Assembly: GCA_034436155.1 (NCBI GenBank)
Contig: DAOTVP010000088.1
Coordinates: forward strand, 6,105 to 70,104
Reading direction: 5' to 3'
Length of the DNA stretch: 64,000 nucleotides
Source: Anaerolineae bacterium
GTDB taxonomy: Bacteria > Chloroflexota > Anaerolineae > Aggregatilineales > Phototrophicaceae
Shown: positions 59,939 to 64,000 of the stretch, piece by piece
How positions within the stretch are numbered: the first letter of the stretch is position 1
Layout of the letters: each line of letters starts with the position of its first letter
Position numbers and translations under genes: made by a program
The notes under the pieces: model-generated
Told to the model about the DNA's origin: nothing
The model's input: only the letters and a program-made list of their open reading frames with translations
Databases searched by the model: none

Positions 59939-61435
59939 TTATCCCTCGAATAGCGCACGCAACGCACCTTTATCCACCTTGCCTGTGCTATTCAGGGGTA
60001 AAGTGGGCAGTATGCGCCAACGGCGCGGGATTTTGTAGCCCGCCAAGTGTTGCCGTAAAGCCGCTTGCAGGTGGGGTATATCCACCTCGCCCACCAGCGC
60101 ACACGCCACGATCTGCCCCCATTCGGGGTCGGGGATGCCCACCACCGCTACATCCGCCACGCCCGAAAATTGGCGCAACACCGCCTCAATTTCGGCGGGA
60201 TATACATTTTCGCCACCCGTCACGATGAGGTCGCTCCGCCGTTGGATGACCCACAGGTCGCCGTCACGATCCACATAACCCATATCGCCCGTGAATAATT
60301 CGCCATCCCGTATCGTTTTGGCAGTGGATGCGTCATCGTGATAATACCCCGCCATAACGGTCTTTCCGCGCACGGCAATTTCGCCGATCGTCCCCGTTGG
60401 GCAAGTGTTCTCGTGTTCGTCTACGATGCGAATGGTGATGCCGTTCATCGGTTTGCCCACACTGGCGGGTTTGCGATAGGTCATATCGGGCGTGGCGGTA
60501 CACACTTGCGAACTGGCTTCGGTCAATCCGTAGGTGGTGGCGACAGGCAAGCGAAAATCGGCACACCGCGCCATCAGCCGCTCATCCGCCGCGGCACCAC
60601 CGAGCAAAATCAGCCGTAGCGATGGAGTCCACGCCCTCACATCCCGCTCCAACAACCGATACAACATGGTCGGCACGAGCGAAATCAGCGTAATCGGGCG
60701 GGTGCATAGGGCATGATACACGCTATCGACATCAAAGCGCGGGAATAACGAGACGGTCGCGCCTAGCATAAAACAGCGCACGAAAATCGATAACCCGCCG
60801 ATATGATACAACGGCAACACGCATAGCCAATGATCATCAGCCGTCATGTTCAGACGTTCATGCGAGGCGACGGCGTTGGCGATGAGGTTATCGTGCGTGA
60901 GCATCGCGCCTTTCGGTTTGCCCGATGTGCCAGATGTGAACATGATGCACCCCACCCCTAAATCCTGCACGGAGAGGGGGCTGGTTTGCGTCCCCACCCC
61001 TAAATCCCCTCCCCATTGCATGGAGAGGGGACTTTTTTGCTCCCCCTTTCTCCATGCAATGGGGAAAGGGGGCTGGGGGGATAGGGGAAACCCATACACC
61101 GCCACATCCACATCTGGCACGGGCATGTCATCGGCATGTATCAGACAGGTCGCGCCCGCAAATTCCACCTGATAGCGGATTTCATCCCCCGTCAGGCGCG
61201 TATTGAGTGGCAACGGAATCGCGCCCAATTCCCACAAGGCGATAATCATCCGCACATACACGGGGTGATTATGCGCTAAAATTGCCACTACATCCCCGTT
61301 TTGGATACCCCACTCACGCAATTGCGCCCTGTCATGCTGGATTGCCTCGCGTAATTGGGCGTAGGTATACGTCCCGTGTGGGGTGATGAGGGCGGGTTTA
61401 TTTTGCGTGGCGCGGGTTAGATATGGGTAGAGCAT
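59939..61435 (-). CDS. AMP-dependent synthetase/ligase (MenE-like acyl-CoA ligase) carrying an in-frame repeat insertion
   Basis: FTSGTSGKPKGA, LPLYHIGGL, TYGLTE, GDMGYVDRDGDLWVIQRRSDLIVTGGENVYP, NSTGKVDK. About 50 extra residues just before the P-loop. Confidence 0.85.
   Translation of the reverse strand: MLYPYLTRATQNKPALITPHGTYTYAQLREAIQHDRAQLREWGIQNGDVVAILAHNHPVYVRMIIALWELGAIPLPLNTRLTGDEIRYQVEFAGATCLIHADDMPVPDVDVAVYGFPLSPQPPFPIAWRKGEQKSPLSMQWGGDLGVGTQTSPLSVQDLGVGCIMFTSGTSGKPKGAMLTHDNLIANAVASHERLNMTADDHWLCVLPLYHIGGLSIFVRCFMLGATVSLFPRFDVDSVYHALCTRPITLISLVPTMLYRLLERDVRAWTPSLRLILLGGAAADERLMARCADFRLPVATTYGLTEASSQVCTATPDMTYRKPASVGKPMNGITIRIVDEHENTCPTGTIGEIAVRGKTVMAGYYHDDASTAKTIRDGELFTGDMGYVDRDGDLWVIQRRSDLIVTGGENVYPAEIEAVLRQFSGVADVAVVGIPDPEWGQIVACALVGEVDIPHLQAALRQHLAGYKIPRRWRILPTLPLNSTGKVDKGALRALFEG
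60950..61088 (+). mobile_element. G/C-rich hairpin MITE-like element, copy D, in frame inside the ligase gene (element orientation antisense to the gene)
   Basis: CCCCACCCCTAAATCC (x2, at 60950 and 60992), CCCCTCCCCATtgcATGGAGAGGGG, CCCCCTTTCTCCATgcaATGGGGAAAGGGGG, GGGGGGATAGGGGA. Confidence 0.8.
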
Positions 61436-61515
61436 GGGTGAGTGTCCTTTTTTATTTCGGCGGATGAAGCCTCGTTAAAATTGAGATAGCTCGTGCTTGA
61501 ACCATGATACAATCC

Positions 61516-62421
61516 TCAAATATTCACCCCGAACAAACCGCCCAGATGACGCAAAAACACATGCGCGAATGGCGTTGGCAACGATGATTTTGCCCATAGC
61601 ACCTTATGGTCACGCATCAACGGCACATCATCGACACGAATTGCCCACAGCGTCCCATTTTTGATGGCATCGGCAACGGTGTAATCGGGCAAAATGGCGA
61701 TGTTATCGCTGGTCTGCACCATGCGCTTCATCGCCTCGATGTTATCTGTTTCGAGCGAGACGACTGGCTTGACCCCATGCGCCTTAAAAATCCCCTCTAA
61801 CCATTGGCGACTTTGGCTATTGATAGGTCGCATGATGATTTTTTGCTGACCTAATTCGGCGAGGTGGATAGTCTCGCGCCCCCAGAATGGGTGTGATTGC
61901 CCAACGACAACCACCTGTGCGATACTTTCTAGCCGATGCACCTGCACATGTTCGGCGTGGTCGGGGTGGATTTCGCCTTCGATGAGACCAATATCCAGCT
62001 TACCCAACGTCACATCGCGGAGGATATGCGCGGTGATATCGGTCTGGACGCGCAAACTCACACGCGGATAGCGCACCGTGAAGTCGCCCGTCCAAATAGG
62101 TAGGCGATACGTGCTGATATTGGGGGTCGCGCCGATCGACAAGTCGCCTTCGCTCTCGGCGGTGATTTGCACCAGCGCCAATTCTGCCTCTGCCACCAAA
62201 TGACAAATTTGTACGGCATAATCGTATAATTTTTTGCCATCGGGCGTGAGCGAGACCCCGCGCCGATGACGGGCGAATAACGTCCGCCCCAAATACGCCT
62301 CCAGTTGGGCGATATGTTGGCTCATCGCCGATTGGCTGATGTAATGCGCTTCGGCGGCTTTGCTCAGGCTGTTATGATTCGCCACCGAGACGAATAAGCG
62401 TAATTTATACAAGTCGAGCAT
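61516..62421 (-). CDS. LysR-family transcriptional regulator
   Basis: N-terminal HTH LYKLRLFVSVANHNSLSKAAEAHYISQSAMSQHIAQLE. Confidence 0.9.
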   Translation of the reverse strand: MLDLYKLRLFVSVANHNSLSKAAEAHYISQSAMSQHIAQLEAYLGRTLFARHRRGVSLTPDGKKLYDYAVQICHLVAEAELALVQITAESEGDLSIGATPNISTYRLPIWTGDFTVRYPRVSLRVQTDITAHILRDVTLGKLDIGLIEGEIHPDHAEHVQVHRLESIAQVVVVGQSHPFWGRETIHLAELGQQKIIMRPINSQSRQWLEGIFKAHGVKPVVSLETDNIEAMKRMVQTSDNIAILPDYTVADAIKNGTLWAIRVDDVPLMRDHKVLWAKSSLPTPFAHVFLRHLGGLFGVNI

Positions 62422-62431
62422 GGCGCGTTCT

Positions 62432-63583
62432 CTACGATGTCACCTGTGCTTGAGGCTTTCGCATCGCCACCAGCGCACACGCTAACGCGATAATGATAGC
62501 CATCAGCGAAACAATCATCCCACCATCCAACCCGCGCCCCGCCCAGCCTTGCAACGCGGGCAACACCACCGCCCCACTATTACCAACGGCGATAATCGCC
62601 CCAGAAATCGCCCCAAAGCCTTGCGTGTAGCGCGAATTCAAAATTGCCATCCCCAATGGGAATATCGGCGCACAGCCAAACCCCACTATAAAGGAAAAGA
62701 CCAACAACATGCCCACAGTGGTCGGGAAAATCAGCACGCCCAACACCCCCACGCCGACCAACCCCATCCCGCCCAGTAACACCGTCTCGCTGGCAATCTT
62801 CCCCGCGATGACACTCGTCAGCAAGCGCCCCAGCGTCATGCCTGTCCAAAACAGCGAGATGCCGACCGCCCCCGTAGAGGCATCCGCCAGCGCCGCTAAC
62901 GTCAGTTGCGGGCTAATCCATGCCGAAAAACCCATTTCGACACCGACATACATGAAGAACATCACCCCAAACGGGATGAGGCTCACCCATACCACCTTCA
63001 CCGCCGTCTCCGATTTTTGGACGGGCGCGATGCTTGGCATATACATGAAGGTCGCCGCCGACACGATCGCCAACGTCCCAACGATGAGGTACATCAGCCG
63101 AAAATCGCCCATGGTGAAGGCGATATTGGCGATTTGCGGTCCGATAATCGCGCCTAATCCAAAGAAAAAGTTGATGGCGCTCAATTCGCGGGCGGGATTT
63201 TGGGGATTATAGCGCGGGGCGAGTCCGTTGCCCGATATGACCAAAAAGCCGTAGCCAAAACCGATGCACACCACGCATATAAATCCGATGATGGCGAGAT
63301 GCGCGGGGATGAGTATCATCAGGAATAAGAAAATCCCAAAAATGCCCGCACCCGATACGGATACACGACGGCTCATGGTGCGGTCTAATAAATTCCCGCC
63401 GATGAAGATGCCCAACGTCCCGCCGATGAAAAACGCCCCCGTGAACAATCCGCCGTTTTCGAGTGCAATGCCGAAGTAGGTGGTGAGGGGTTCGAGTGTG
63501 CTGGCAATCACCGTCGCGCCAATACCGACTAGCGCGAATGCGATGCGAAAAATGTACCGTTGTAACGGGGTGGGGGAGGTCAT
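62432..63583 (-). CDS. MFS transporter
   Basis: 383 aa, about 12 TM segments, GGNLLDRTMSRR loop 2-3 motif. Confidence 0.82.
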   Translation of the reverse strand: MTSPTPLQRYIFRIAFALVGIGATVIASTLEPLTTYFGIALENGGLFTGAFFIGGTLGIFIGGNLLDRTMSRRVSVSGAGIFGIFLFLMILIPAHLAIIGFICVVCIGFGYGFLVISGNGLAPRYNPQNPARELSAINFFFGLGAIIGPQIANIAFTMGDFRLMYLIVGTLAIVSAATFMYMPSIAPVQKSETAVKVVWVSLIPFGVMFFMYVGVEMGFSAWISPQLTLAALADASTGAVGISLFWTGMTLGRLLTSVIAGKIASETVLLGGMGLVGVGVLGVLIFPTTVGMLLVFSFIVGFGCAPIFPLGMAILNSRYTQGFGAISGAIIAVGNSGAVVLPALQGWAGRGLDGGMIVSLMAIIIALACALVAMRKPQAQVTS

Positions 63584-63738
63584 GAACAGTCCTTACGGGT
63601 GATTATAGTCAATTTGTTTGACCATTATACACGCATATGGCATATTTTCACCATTGTAGGCGTATAATCTGGTTGCTTTATCACCCATATCCTGATTCAA
63701 TAATCTGTATATCATACAAGACCATATAGGATGAACCC

Positions 63739-64000
63739 ATGACCTTTCACGATTATGCGACCATCGAATCGCTCCTGAACGACACAGATATTTACACGCT
63801 CATCGCCGAATGTGACGCGATGTTGGCGCAAAATCCCACCGAATTGTTGCGCTTGTTGCGCTCGGCGCTCAGTTTATCGGCGCATGTGCTGGAACACGAT
63901 AAATCGGCGTTGGCATCACAATTGGCGGGGCGGTTGTATCATCATTATGAGTCTAACGCCGATATTCGCGCCTTTGTGGATAGCATCACCCCGCCGAAAA
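63739..64000 (+). CDS. Hypothetical protein, N-terminal part; runs off the window edge
   Basis: My own translation from ATG 63739: MTFHDYATIESLLNDTDIYTLIAECDAMLAQNPTELLRLLRSALSLSAHVLEHDKSALASQLAGRLYHHYE... The helical segment resembles those seen next to NACHT/WD40 STAND proteins, which is weak evidence. Confidence 0.4.
   Translation, partial: MTFHDYATIESLLNDTDIYTLIAECDAMLAQNPTELLRLLRSALSLSAHVLEHDKSALASQLAGRLYHHYESNADIRAFVDSITPPK

Noticed and set aside
1-64000. tRNA, rRNA or other classical RNA genes
   Set aside because: I scanned every intergenic gap by eye for T-loop (GGTTCGAAT-like) and acceptor-stem patterns and saw none. Small RNAs cannot be excluded without a covariance-model search.

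Overview
This is a 64-kb chromosomal segment, roughly 50-55% GC by eye. I support about 54 protein-coding features; I recognised no rRNA, tRNA or CRISPR array. It may come from a monoderm Chloroflexota-like bacterium. That is a low-confidence guess based on an LPXTG-sorted exoenzyme, a Hox hydrogenase and the style of the intergenic repeats.

Gene content, left to right:
- liv-type amino-acid ABC transporter
- alpha/beta hydrolase
- CLC channel with CLC-F-like filter motifs
- formate-THF ligase and a NUDIX hydrolase
- Wzm/Wzt polysaccharide exporter
- decayed vapBC toxin-antitoxin pair
- Tat-signal amine oxidase
- split HTH-NB-ARC + TPR (STAND) pair
- 2189-aa LPATG-anchored GH13 amylase
- complete hoxEFUYH-hoxW bidirectional [NiFe]-hydrogenase operon, followed by hypF, two unknown ORFs, then hypC-hypD
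- accessory patch (40.8-47.8 kb): a low-GC ATPase + DUF4435/TOPRIM pair (PARIS/AbiL-like), a 977-aa beta-CASP nuclease directly downstream of an MNT/HepT pair, a PIN-like remnant, and a tyrosine phosphatase broken by a 32-bp tandem duplication
- LacI-controlled xylo-oligosaccharide locus (ABC importer, GH3, GH8, xylA, xylB)
- MenE-like ligase, LysR regulator and MFS transporter

The most unusual signals:
1. The compact, low-GC ATPase/TOPRIM candidate defence module sits where hypE would be expected.
2. A family of G/C-rich hairpin MITE-like elements is inserted in frame into hypF (three copies, about 190 extra residues in total) and into the ligase gene. A fifth copy is intergenic.
3. A second repeat family consists of about 33-nt two-tier hairpins whose stems covary. 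These occur as inverted doublets and as a 59-bp tandem array, including one doublet inside the hox operon.

All functional calls rest on motifs read by eye. No database search was run.
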